In this document: positions 24,391 through 35,400 of the stretch, in pieces
Layout: each line of letters starts with the position of its first letter
Numbering within the stretch: the stretch's first letter is position 1
Assembly: GCA_963514005.1 (NCBI GenBank)
Contig: OY740786.1
Span: 16,802,001-16,866,000, forward strand
Source of the DNA: Raja brachyura
Lineage: Eukaryota
Direction: 5' to 3'
DNA: 64,000 nucleotides
Program-made: the position numbers and the translations under genes
The notes under the pieces: model-generated
What the model was told of the DNA's origin: nothing
The model's database searches: none
Seen by the model: the letters and a program-made list of their open reading frames with translations, nothing else

Positions 24391-25689
24391 GATTTGTTTT
24401 TCAGCACAGTTCATGTCTGAACTACACGTGACTCCGAAGTAAAATAGTAAGATTAAATGTGAACTTACCAGTTTGAAGTTTGATCTTTATATTATGAGGA
24501 GTAACGATGAGGGATTACGTGCCCTCCGCTCCCAAACCCTCCATTATAAAGGTCAACTGGTATGCTAGTTCTCTTATCTTACTATGTCAGTCAACTCTGT
24601 TATCTGTGATTTCACAACGCTGCTTTGAAGAATGTCGCGTATGCGTGCTGGCGGGGTCTTCACATCACGTAATCCCTCATCATAACTCCTCATAAAATAA
24701 AGTTCAAAATTCAAACTGGTAAGTTCTCATTAAATCTTACTATTAGTTTTCATCTGCAATTTGAGAAGGAGAAGGTTAAATCGGAAGTGTCAGTGATGCA
24801 GTTGAACAAAGGGGACTATGAAGGCATGAGGGAGGAGCTGGCCAAGGTAGACTGGAAAGGGATCCTAGCAGGAATGACAGTGGAACAGCAATGCAGGGCT
24901 CGAAATTTGCAGTTGCCCAGGTGCCAATGACCACCCAAAGTGCCGCCGGGCAACCTAAACGGCGAATCATTTTGCCCGGTTTGGCACTACAGATACTGGT
25001 TTATACCGAAGATAGAGACAAAAAAAACTGGAGTAACTCTGCGGGTCAGGCAGCATCTCTGGAGAAATGGAACGTGACGTTTCGTGTCGGCGACGGCTGT
25101 ATTGCGGGGCAAAGATTCTAGGTGCGTGGTGACAAAGGTTCGGAGCGAATGACAGGCCCCAAACAGCGGCAGCAGCAGCGGCCGCGACAGCAGCTCCATC
25201 TCCTCCCCCTCCCGCACCCCGCCCCCCCCCTGATAGCGGCCGCTGCCTGCCACTCCGCCAACGGCGCTTTCAAAACAAACCCTCTCGCACGCCGAGGCCG
25301 GGAGGAGGGAGGGACGGAGAGAGAGGCCTCCTTCCGCCGTCTGAAGCACCTGCACCAAAGATCCAAGATCTCCTCCTCCTCCCGCACCTTGCTGTCGGCT
25401 GGCGGAGGAGGGGAGGCGGTGGAGATCCCAATCGGTGGACAGGGACGGCCAAGGCAGCAGGTGAAATGTTGTCCGAGGAGCGCTGACCTTCCTTCCTCCC
25501 CACCTCCTCTGCCCCTCCCTCTCTCTCTCTCTCTCGCTCTTGTACATGCCCCTCCAACCCCCCAATCCTGAGACCCCTCCTCTCCATCCCGCACTGATCC
25601 CCATTCCCGCCTCTATTCAGTCCTCACTGACATCCCCTGTGCTCCCCTCCCCATCTAAACCCCATTGCGCCCCCCCCCCCCCCCCCCAA

Positions 25690-26170
25690 TCTATTCATCC
25701 TGCGCTGATCACCCTATCTACTACGCATTGATTCTCCTCCAACCTACACTGGTCCCCCAATTCATCCTGCACCGATCCCCCCCGTCCATCCTGTAGTGAT
25801 CTACCCGTTCATCTTTTACTGATCCTCCATTCATCCTGTACTGATCCCCCCCATTCAACCTGTAATGATCCACTCAGTCATCCTGTAGTGATCCCCCATT
25901 CATCTTTTATTAATCACCCAATCCTCTTGTACTGCCCCCCCATCCATCCTGTACTGATCCCCCCCATTCAAGAAGAATGGGAGAAAACAGTCTGAAGAAG
26001 GGTCTCGACCCAAAACGTTGCCTATTTCCTTCGCTCCATAGATGCTGCCTCACCCGCTGAGTTTCTCCAGCACTTTTGTCTAGCCCCATTCATCCTGTAC
26101 TGAGCCCCCCCATTTATCCTGTACTGAAGCCCCCATTTATCCTGTACTGACCCCCCCCCCCCATTCAACA
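25690..26170. repeat. ~24-bp C-rich minisatellite (CCATTCATCCTGTACTGATCCCC) with a Penelope-type fragment at ~25971-26082
   Basis: Repeated ATCCTGTACTGA units; insert contains CTGAAGAAGGGTCTCGACCCAAAACG. Confidence 0.8.
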
Positions 26171-26551
26171 CCACTGACATCTCCTGTGCTCTCCCCTCAC
26201 AATTTTACATACTCTAACCAACACGTACTAATTCACCTGCCTCAATCCATCCATTCGACACTGATTACCATCTCAACCCCCCCCCCAACCCGCCATCTAT
26301 CCACCCCGCAATGATTCACACCGCCCCCCTCCCCCATCCCTGACCCCATTGTGCTGGAAATGTCTTCAGAGCGAACATTGACTATGTTTGATAACGGAAT
26401 GCAATCAAATGTGTTTTACTTCCCAATGTTATTATTTGTTTTAGTCCATAAAATTGGATTAATTAAATTGTGAACTCGTGAAACATTAAAACTGCAGTGT
26501 TCGATTGTCACTGCTACCGTTGACACGTTATTACAGAATTCATTTTAACAG

Positions 26552-26935
26552 ACAATAGACAATAAACAATAGGTGCAGGAGTAGGCCATTTGGCCCTTCG
26601 AGCCAGCACCGCCATTCAATGTGTTCATGGCTGATCATCACCAATCAGTACCCCGTTCCTGCCTTCTCCCCATATCCCCTGACTCCTAGATAGGGCTTTT
26701 AAGAGTCTCTCTAGGTCTCTCTTGAAAGCATCCGGAGAACCTGCCTCCACCACCCTCTGAGGCAGAGAATTCCACAGACTCACCACTCTCTGTGAGAAAA
26801 AGAGTTTCCTCGTCTCCGTTCCAAATGGCTTACTCCTTATTCTTAAACTGTGGCCCCTAGTTCTGGACTCCCCCAACATTGGGAACATGTTTCCTGCCTC
26901 TAGTGTGTCCAAGCCCTTAACAATCTTATATGTTT
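26552..26935 (-). mobile_element. CR1 3' end
   Basis: ESRTRGHSLRI..FSQRVVSLWNSLP; ACAATAG tail. Confidence 0.9.
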
Positions 26936-29900
26936 ATAATGGCAATCTTATAATGGCAAATCAATGCTCTTAATACGGAGTATCAATACTGTAGTTATTT
27001 AATGAGCAACATTCACAACTATATACGCTGGATTTATCCGGGTTTTACTTCTACAGTCGGTCATATACATCACAAATTTGGTCAGGAGATATTTCAGTTG
27101 AAATTTTAACGTTAATTCTGAAGTGGGAATGATGGAAACAGCTTTTATTAATCATTTTTTAAAAATCTAGTGCGTACAAACTGGGTATCTTCATTGCTGT
27201 CCACAACACTTACATCTAATCTGAATGTCCGGTAATGTGATGTTTTGACACCTTTAAACATATTACCAAAAGAACATTTGCTGCAGTTATGTCCTTTGGC
27301 CATCTCTTGTCAGTTAGTGCAATGTTTAACCTGTCAGGTGGGTATAGTCGGTTTTAACAGCTATTATCATAAAATGCCTTTAGAAATATCCTTGCAACCT
27401 GTATATTTTGTTGTGGATAAATTATGTGGGAAGCGAGAGTGTTTCTGTACCAATAGCAATAACGACCCATGCTATGGCCATGTCATGGTAATTTTCGGTC
27501 CTTCACGGAAAACATGTTTGCATCAATCTGTAGTATGCAGGCTTAAGCATATACGTTACCATGGTCCAGGATTTATTGACACAGGTTGATCATATGCTGA
27601 ATAATCCAACTACATTTTTGTTTGGAAGTGGAAAGACCTAATAGAAATTGCATTAATTGCAATGTGTAAAAAGAGTTGATTAATTTTGCTGCATGTCATT
27701 GTGGTATATATCATATCTTGATTGGTGAATATGTTTAGTTTGTGACTTTATTTGAAGCAGAAATAATATGTGAATGCTTCATTGAGCATAATTGCGACTG
27801 GTAACTACACACTTCGTCATTTGGCAACCTAAAAAGCTGCCAAGGTTGCCCGGCTGGCAACAGGGAAAAAACGTTAGAGCCCTGCAATGGCAGTAATTTC
27901 TGGGCATAATCCGGAAGACGCAGGATCATTTCATTATAAAAGGAAGAAAGATTCTATGGGGAGTAGGAGGCAACTGTGGCTGACAAGTGAAGTTAGGAAT
28001 AGAATAAAACTAAAAGAAAAGATGTATAACACAGCAAAGAGTAGCCGGAAGCCAGAGGATTGGGAAACTTTCATCGGACAACAAAAGGAAACAAACAGGC
28101 AATACGGGCTGAAAAGATAAAGTACGAGGGGAAGCTGGCCAGGAATATAAAGAAGGACAGTAAAAGCTTCTTTAGATATGTTAAGGGAAAAAGAATAGCA
28201 AAGTCAAATGTGGGTCCCTTGAAGGCAGACATGGGTGAAATTATTATGGGGAACAAGGAAATGACAGAAGTTGAACAGGTACTTCGGATCTGTCTTCACT
28301 AACGAAGACACAAACAATACTCCAGACGTACTGGAGGACAGAGGATCTAATGGGGTAGAGGAACTGAAATAAACTTTCATTAGGCGAGAAATAGTATTGG
28401 GTAGGCTAATGGGGCTGAAGGATGATAAATCACCTGGGCCTGATGATCTGCATCCCAGGGTCCTCAGGGAGGTGGCTCTAGAAATAGTGGACGCATTGGC
28501 GATCATTTTCCAATGTTCAATAGATTCAGGATCAGTTCCTGTGGATTGGTGGATAACTAATGTTATCCCACTTTTCAAGAAAGGAGCGAGAGGGAAAACA
28601 AGGAATTCCAGGCCAGTTAGCCTGACTTCGGTGGTGGGAAAGATGCTGGAGTCAATTATTAAAGAGGTAATAATGGGGCATTTGGATAGCAGTAAAAGGA
28701 TTAGTCTAAGTCAGCATGGATTTATGAAAGGAAAATCATGCTTGACTAATCTTCTGGAATTTTTTGAGGATGGGACAAGTAAAATGGATGAAGGGGAGCC
28801 AGTGGATGTAGTGTATCTAGACTTTCAGAAAGCCTTTGATAAGGTCCCGTACGGGAGACTGGTGACTAAAATTAGAACACATGGTATTGGGGGTAGGGTG
28901 TTGATGTGGATAGAAAATTGGTTGACGGACCTGAAGCAAAGAGTAGGAGTGAACAGGTCCTTTTCAGAATGGCAGGCAGTGGCGAGTGGAGTGCCGCAAG
29001 GCTCGGTGTTGGGGCCGCAACTGTTTACCATATATATTAATGATTTGGAAGAGGGAATTAGGACCATCACTAGCAAGTTTGCGGATGACACAAAGCTGGG
29101 TGGCAGTGTGAACTGTGAAGAGGATGTTAGGAGGTTGCAGGATGACCTGGACAGGTTGAGTGAGTGGGCAGACACGTGGCAGATGCAGTATAATATAGAT
29201 AAATGTGAGGTTATCCACTTTGGCGGCAAAAACAAGGGGGCAGATTATTATCTCAATGTGGTTAGATTAGGTAAGAGGGAGGTACAATGAGACCTGGGTG
29301 TCCTTGTACACCGGTCACTGAAAGTTGGCATGCAGGTACAGTAGGCAGTGAAGAAAGCTAATGGTATGTTGGCCTTCATAACAAGAGGATTTCAGTATAG
29401 GAGCAAAGAGGTTCTTCTGCAGTTGTATAGGGCTCTGGTAAGACCACATAGTATAGTTTTGGTCTCCTAATCTGTGGAAGGACATCCTTGTGATTGAGGC
29501 AGTGCAGCGTAGGTTCACGGGATTGATCCCTGGGATGGCGTGACTGTCATATGAGGAAAGATTTAAAAGACTAGGCTTGTATTCACTGGAGTTTAGAAGG
29601 ATGAGGGGGATACTATAGAAACATATACAATTATAAAAGAACTGGACAAGCTAGATGCAGGAAAAATGTTCCCAATGTTGGGCGAGTCCAGAACCAGGGG
29701 CCACAGTCTTAGAATAAAGGGGAGGCCATTTAAGACTGAGGTGAGAAAAAACATTTTCACCCAGAGAGTAGTGAATTTGTGGAATTCCCTGGCACAGAGG
29801 GCAATGGAAGCCAAATCAGTGGTTGAATTCAAGAGAGAGTTAGATAGAGCTCTTGGAGCTAGTGGAATCAAGGAATATGGGGAGAAGGCAGGCACGGATT

Positions 29901-30835
29901 ATTGATTGGGGACGATCAGCCATGATCACAATGGATGGCGGTGCTGGCTCAAAGGGCCGAATGGTCTCCTCCTGCACCTATTTTCTATGTATCTAAGATG
30001 ACTCGCGTCTCTTTTTTCATGGCAACAAAAGCCTTGCTTCCCTCATCTCTCGCACATAATCTCCATGCAATAAAGGGCTGCTGTGTCCAACCAATGATGA
30101 TATGCAAATACATCTTATACCCATACAATAACTTGATTGACAATAAATAGGTCAATAGTAATTTCATGGACATCTTATCAAAGATAAATTACTGAAATCA
30201 GTTTCCTTTCAAAACCATGCTTCAAGCCCACTCCAAAATAAAAAGAGCAGAGTGTACCAATCAATTCATTAATTCACCAAGCCATTATTTCTGCCTAATT
30301 AGATTTTATGGTACAAACAGACTAATGAATTTTATTTTTATACGTCACAAAAGGAGCTAAACATAACTCTCAATGACATAAAGTGGGTTAGTTCAACCTT
30401 CAAGTATAAATTACATTCCGTTTCCTCCGTCTATCATCATGATGTTCGTTTAAGTTTTTTATTGTCATATGTACCAATGTACAGCAAAAAGATTTGCTTT
30501 GCATGCTAGCCAATCAGATCAGATAATACGAAACATAAATACAATCAAGTCAAACTCAACTACAATAGGAAGATCAAAGGGGAAGATACAGTGTGCGGAA
30601 TGCAGTTCTCAGCATTGTAGAGCACCAGTTACATACACAAAGTGCAGTGTCCACAATGAGATAGAGGTGAATCCAACAGTATCTTAGCTTAGCCGTACAG
30701 AAGCTTGAAAGCAGAGGGAAATAAGTTGTTCCTGAGTTCAGTGGTGTGCACTCTCAAGCTTCCTTACTTTCTGCCGGATGGGAGCAGGGAGAAGGAGGAT
30801 TGATCAGGGTGGTACAAGTCTTTGATCATTGATTC

Positions 30836-31048
30836 AAGGAACTGCAGGTGCTGGTTTTAAAAAAAAAGACAAAGTGCTGGTGTAAAGCAGCAGGTCAGGC
30901 GGCATCTCTGGAGCAGCATGGGATAGGCAAAGTTTTGGATCGGGATCCTACTTCAAGTTTGAAGAAGGATCCTGACCCAAAACATCACCTATCCATGTTC
31001 TCCAGAGATGCTGCCTGCCCTGCTATATTATTCCAGCATTTTGAGTCT
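30836..31048. mobile_element. Penelope-type terminal repeat, head-to-head pair (degenerate)
   Basis: GGCATCTCTGGAG..GATAGG / CCTATCCATG..CTCCAGAGATGCTGCC around CTTCAAGTTTGAAG. Confidence 0.6.
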
Positions 31049-33279
31049 TAAGTAATTGATTATGTTAGCTGCTTTTCCGAGGCAGCGAGAAATGTAGATT
31101 GAGGCAATGGTGGGGAGTCCAGTCTATGCGATGGACTGGGCAACATCTGCAACTCTCTGCAATTTCTTGTGTTCTTGGGTAAAACTGTTCCTAAACCAAG
31201 CCGTGATGTAACCTGACAGTATGCTTTCTATGTATTCTTTGGTGAATGAGGTTTGACAAAGAACTGCAGATAGCTCACTGACATCTCATCCAAAACCTAG
31301 AAAATATTTCCTTCACACCCTTAACTGTTCTCAAAACTTTCTTTAAAGTTTTTCCGATATCAAGACCCTATCTTGAGTGCAATTTTCATAAAGCCACTTA
31401 AGAGGTTCCCTGTTACAAACTATGCGGTGTTTATCACTTATCAAGTGCAAAAGTTTTGTTATAGAAAGGAAAGAAACATATTTAGTATTTATCCCACTAA
31501 CCCCAACCTATGCTGTTGGAGTTCAATCTAAAATCACTTGGCCAATTGGCAAAGCACAAGTCATTTCCTCTCAGTTGCCTATCTGAAAGCACACAGCTCT
31601 GCTTGGAATACGAACATGTCGGCATTAACAAAACCAGCTTCCACTGGTAGGTCGACCCTCTAGAGGTCCTGCTTCCATTAATCAGCCAGCCCAACTAATT
31701 TCAAATACCGAGGTCATTGCAGATTGAAGTGGCATAGATTTAAATGACAAGCAAAATTCATTTTCAATCATTTACCATTTGCAGTATTAACCCAAAGTCA
31801 ACACAAGCATAGAGACTTTAGCTATCTCCCTCTTGTCTTCCAAAAGAGAAAATAGCTACAATATATTTACAATAACTAGAAATGCTGCGACCAAAATTCG
31901 ACAAGAAAACCTTAAAAAATTCCAAACCAGTTAGTTAAATAATGTACCAATAAAAGGTTAATATGCTGATTATATCTACCTTGGATGCTGATCAATTGGC
32001 AGTTTTTTCTTGCTTATTCCTTTGAATGAAGAGGAACAACTGCATCTAACATAATAGACATCACTGTAGATCAGTCACTGCATTCCTAATCCATGTCGGG
32101 TGTTCGAGCAGACCGTTCCTGGAGTATGTTAACTAGCGCATGCGGGCCATCCAGCAGTTCAGACAGGGAATACTGAAGAGGAATACAGAGGCTTTGTCAA
32201 TAGTCTAGGTGCCTCGTGGTCATTTATTATTAAGTTAAACTACTTGTCGTTATTTCTACAACTTCATACAATCACAAAAACTGCTGGTATTGTTGATTGT
32301 TCATTGAGTAGTCTGAGACTGCTGGACAATACTAACAACTTGGTAAAATGGGCAGAGCAATGTTGGTGGGAATTTAATCATACAAGGTATTCATGTACAG
32401 TCATAGAGTGAGGGATACACGACAGAGAACGGGCCCTTGACTCACCAAGTGCGAACCAATGATGACGCACCTATTTTTAAACTAATCCTACAACAACCCT
32501 TTTCATTCTCTCCATATTCCCAAGAGGTTCTGGCATCGCACCTCATCCCTAGATTCCACATTTACATACATGCTAGGGTCAATTTACAGTGACCAATTAA
32601 CTTTCAGACATATCTTTGCTATCAAATGCATTTTCACCATATAAACCACAGCACCTGGAGGAAACCCATGGGATTACAGAGAAAACATATAAATGCCTTA
32701 CAGATCCTGCATGATGCTGCTTTCTCCTACATCACAATGCTATGCAAATTGGTCATATTTATTGGCAACTAAAGTTGCCTTTAGTATGTGGGCGGGCAGT
32801 AAAAAAAAAAATACTGGCCAATAGGGATTTCTCTGTTAATTGGCATAGACTTTTTGGGCTTAGTGGGCCCTTTCAGTGTCAGAAGGAAAATTAAAATGTC
32901 CAATACGTACTAGAGCTTCACTGGCACCAAAAAGTTAAGGAAGCTTGGCTTCTGCTGATGCATGCAGGCAGATCTCAGTGGAACTACTAATATTTACTAA
33001 TAATTTTAAGTTTTCATATGCATTTTAAAATCAGAGCCATTTTGGAAAGTTTAAAGACTTTTGATTCCTTTCACAGCCAGTAAACCTGTGGACCAGGGCT
33101 CTCTGCTGTGCGGTTCCAAGCCTTGCCCTTCTCACGTCTGATGCAAGACTTCAAGACACTTCGGGCCTTTACACGTATATTAGGTAAGTAGAAAACAGCA
33201 GCAAATGCAAGCAAAACGGTCAGTGTAGATATGGTGGATCAAAGGGCTCTTTTTTGTGCTGTACAACTCTGACAAATTT

Positions 33280-33420
33280 GTTCTATATCTCTACATCACC
33301 GTTTATATCTCTTATTTCCCTTTCCAATAACTCTAGTCTGAAGAAGAGTCTCGACCCAAAACATCACCCATTCCTTCTGTCCAGAGATGCTCCCTGTACC
33401 CGGAGTTACTCCAGCATTTT
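33280..33420 (+). mobile_element. Penelope-type terminal repeat with hammerhead-like core
   Basis: AGTCTGAAGAAGAGTCTCGACCCAAAACATCACC. Confidence 0.6.
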
Positions 33421-34003
33421 AGACAATAGACAATAGATGCAGGAGTAAGCCATTTGGCCCTTCCAGCAAGCACCGCCATTCAATGTGATCATGGCTGATC
33501 ATCCACAATCAGTACCCCGTTCCTGCCTTCTCCCCATATCCCTTGACTCTGCTATCTTTATGAGCTCTAACTCTCTCTTGAAAGCATCCAGAGCACTGGC
33601 CTCCACCGCCCTCTGAGGCAGAGAATTCCACAGACTCACAACTCTGTGTCAAAGAATATTTCCTCGTCTCCGTTCTAAATGGAGAACGGGGTAATGAATA
33701 AGGGGTAAGAAGCTTACCCCTTATTCTTAAACTGTGGCCCCTGGTTCTGGACTCCCCAAACATGTTTCCTGCCTCGTGCGTGTCCAAACCCTTAATAATC
33801 ATACATGTTTCAATAAGATCCTCTCTCATCCTTCGAAATTCCAGAGTATACAAGTCCAGCCGCTCCATTCTATCAACATATGACAGTCCCGCCATCCCGG
33901 GAGTTAACCTTGTGAACCTACGCTGCACTCCCTCAAAGGCAAGAATGTCCTTCCTCAAATTTGGAGACCAAAACTGCACACAATACTCCAGGTGTGGTCT
34001 CAC
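33421..34003 (-). mobile_element. CR1 3' fragment
   Basis: VRPHLEYCVQFWSP..RTRGHSLRI; AGACAAT tail. Confidence 0.9.
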
Positions 34004-34454
34004 TATCTTCCATGACCATAAAAGATCTTTTTCTTTTTTCTTTTGAAAAGTCAGCTCAGCACACACTTTATTAATACAATCCTCCAAACATTGTCTCTTT
34101 TGGTGCATTTACGTGGTCTATGTCAATCACAAGTTATGTCATATACATTACCCCTCAACTGACACTTCCCTCATTTATTTACCTAACTTATGACTGCCAT
34201 CAGCTTGAACAAATTGCCTGGATCTACTTTTTTAATTACTTTCGTAATAATAAAAACTTTAATTAGGTCACTTCAAAAATATGTTTTCTAGGGAAATGTC
34301 TTTGTTTCACATAATGAGATATTACTAAAATAACTAGGAATTAGCGACAAAAATATTAATACAAAATTGAAAAGTGATTGAAAATTCAGGAAGTTAATGT
34401 GGCTTACTTTCCAAAGCTAATAACACATGGAGTCATGGAGGACCTACGTTGGGT

Positions 34455-34712
34455 GTAGAGCAGAGGGATCTAGGAGTGCAGGTACATAGTTTCTTGAAAA
34501 TGGTATCATAAGTAAATAGGGTGATCAAGAAGGACCAAGTGTAGGTCCTGCCCTGGTTTGTCTTCACAAAATACAACACCTCGCACTTCTCTGTATTAAA
34601 CTTCATTAACCATTCCTTAGCCCATCTGCCCAACCGATCAAGACCCTGCTGCAATTTTTGACAATCTCTATCTGCAATACCACCCACTTTTGTGCCATCT
34701 GCGAATTTACTG
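34455..34712. mobile_element. Two opposite-strand CR1 RT fragments
   Basis: Plus EQRDLGVQVHS; minus KFADGTKVGG..KCEVLYF. Confidence 0.65.
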
Positions 34713-35400
34713 TTTCTTGTTCTGGAATATGCATATTGTTGAAATGATCTTGAACGTGCTCCAATCCAGCAACTCAAGGCAGTCCTGAAGTAGACCACCT
34801 CTGGCCACTGCTGTATTAATATTTTTTATTGGTGCCTCATGCTTTAGTCTGTCTCTAAGCTGACAGGGCCAGCACTAATAGATGATTAGACTGGCAGAAA
34901 TAAGGACCAAGGATAGAGCCATAGGTGCACTTGATAGCTTTGCAGCAGTGGTCAAGTGTTAATACCCTACATGACGCATGGTATCTGAGGGCGATGTTCT
35001 TGGTGTTAGTTACCAATAACGATATCAGGGCATCAAGAGTAACTTTGGATAACAAGAATAACCTTTTTGGATCGGGACCCTTCTTCAGACTGAAACGTCA
35101 CCTATTCATGTTCTTCAGAGATGCAGCCTGATCCACTGAATTACGCCAGCACTTTGCATCCATTAGCTACAGGGATGTTAGGTAGGAGAAGCTAGTTTCC
35201 CCAAATGTTACAGCCACATTTGGACAAACACATCAAAGGAGGTGGGGGGGGGGGGGGGGGGGGGAGTGCTGCATTTGTGGTACTCAGAGCTGCATTGGTA
35301 GTGACAGTGCCAATGAAGATTGTTAGTTGCCAGGGTTTCTTTGAAATAGCAATGATTGACAGGAGACTCTTAGCATTGGAACTAATGACTTTCTCAGATA

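Larger units (their letters stand above)
17686..24744 (+). mobile_element. DIRS1-type tyrosine-recombinase retrotransposon with both termini, degenerate ORFs
   Basis: ITRs (17715-17749 vs 24634-24670), ICR 24425-24521, ATT at both junctions, gag/RT/RNase H/MT/YR remnants. Confidence 0.93.
24894..27884. mobile_element. Non-autonomous TIR DNA element with 5-bp TSD (hAT5-like), carrying cargo
   Basis: Ends CAGGGCTCGAAATTT / AACGTTAGAGCCCTG; TSD CAATG at 24889-24893 and 27885-27889; subterminal GGCAACC/GGTTGCC motifs at both ends. Confidence 0.75.
17490..29995 (+). mobile_element. CR1 LINE (EN-RT pseudogene) in three pieces: 17490-17688, 24745-24893, 27890-29995
   Basis: Frame GSDHNI|ISFHLQFEKEK continues across the DIRS insertion and EQQW across the second insertion; RT motifs YLDFQKAFDKV, GVPQGSVLGP, KFADDTK; 3' tail TTTTCTATGTATCT. 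Confidence 0.92.

Noticed and set aside
27180-27600. Possible transposase remnant inside the 5-bp-TSD element
   Set aside because: Manual translation showed no hAT or DDE motif that I recognise
35225-35263. Poly-G run (also poly-C at 14213-14250) as a functional G-quadruplex
   Set aside because: Simple homopolymers of uncertain length; the second is an expansion of a C-run in the Tc1 TIR
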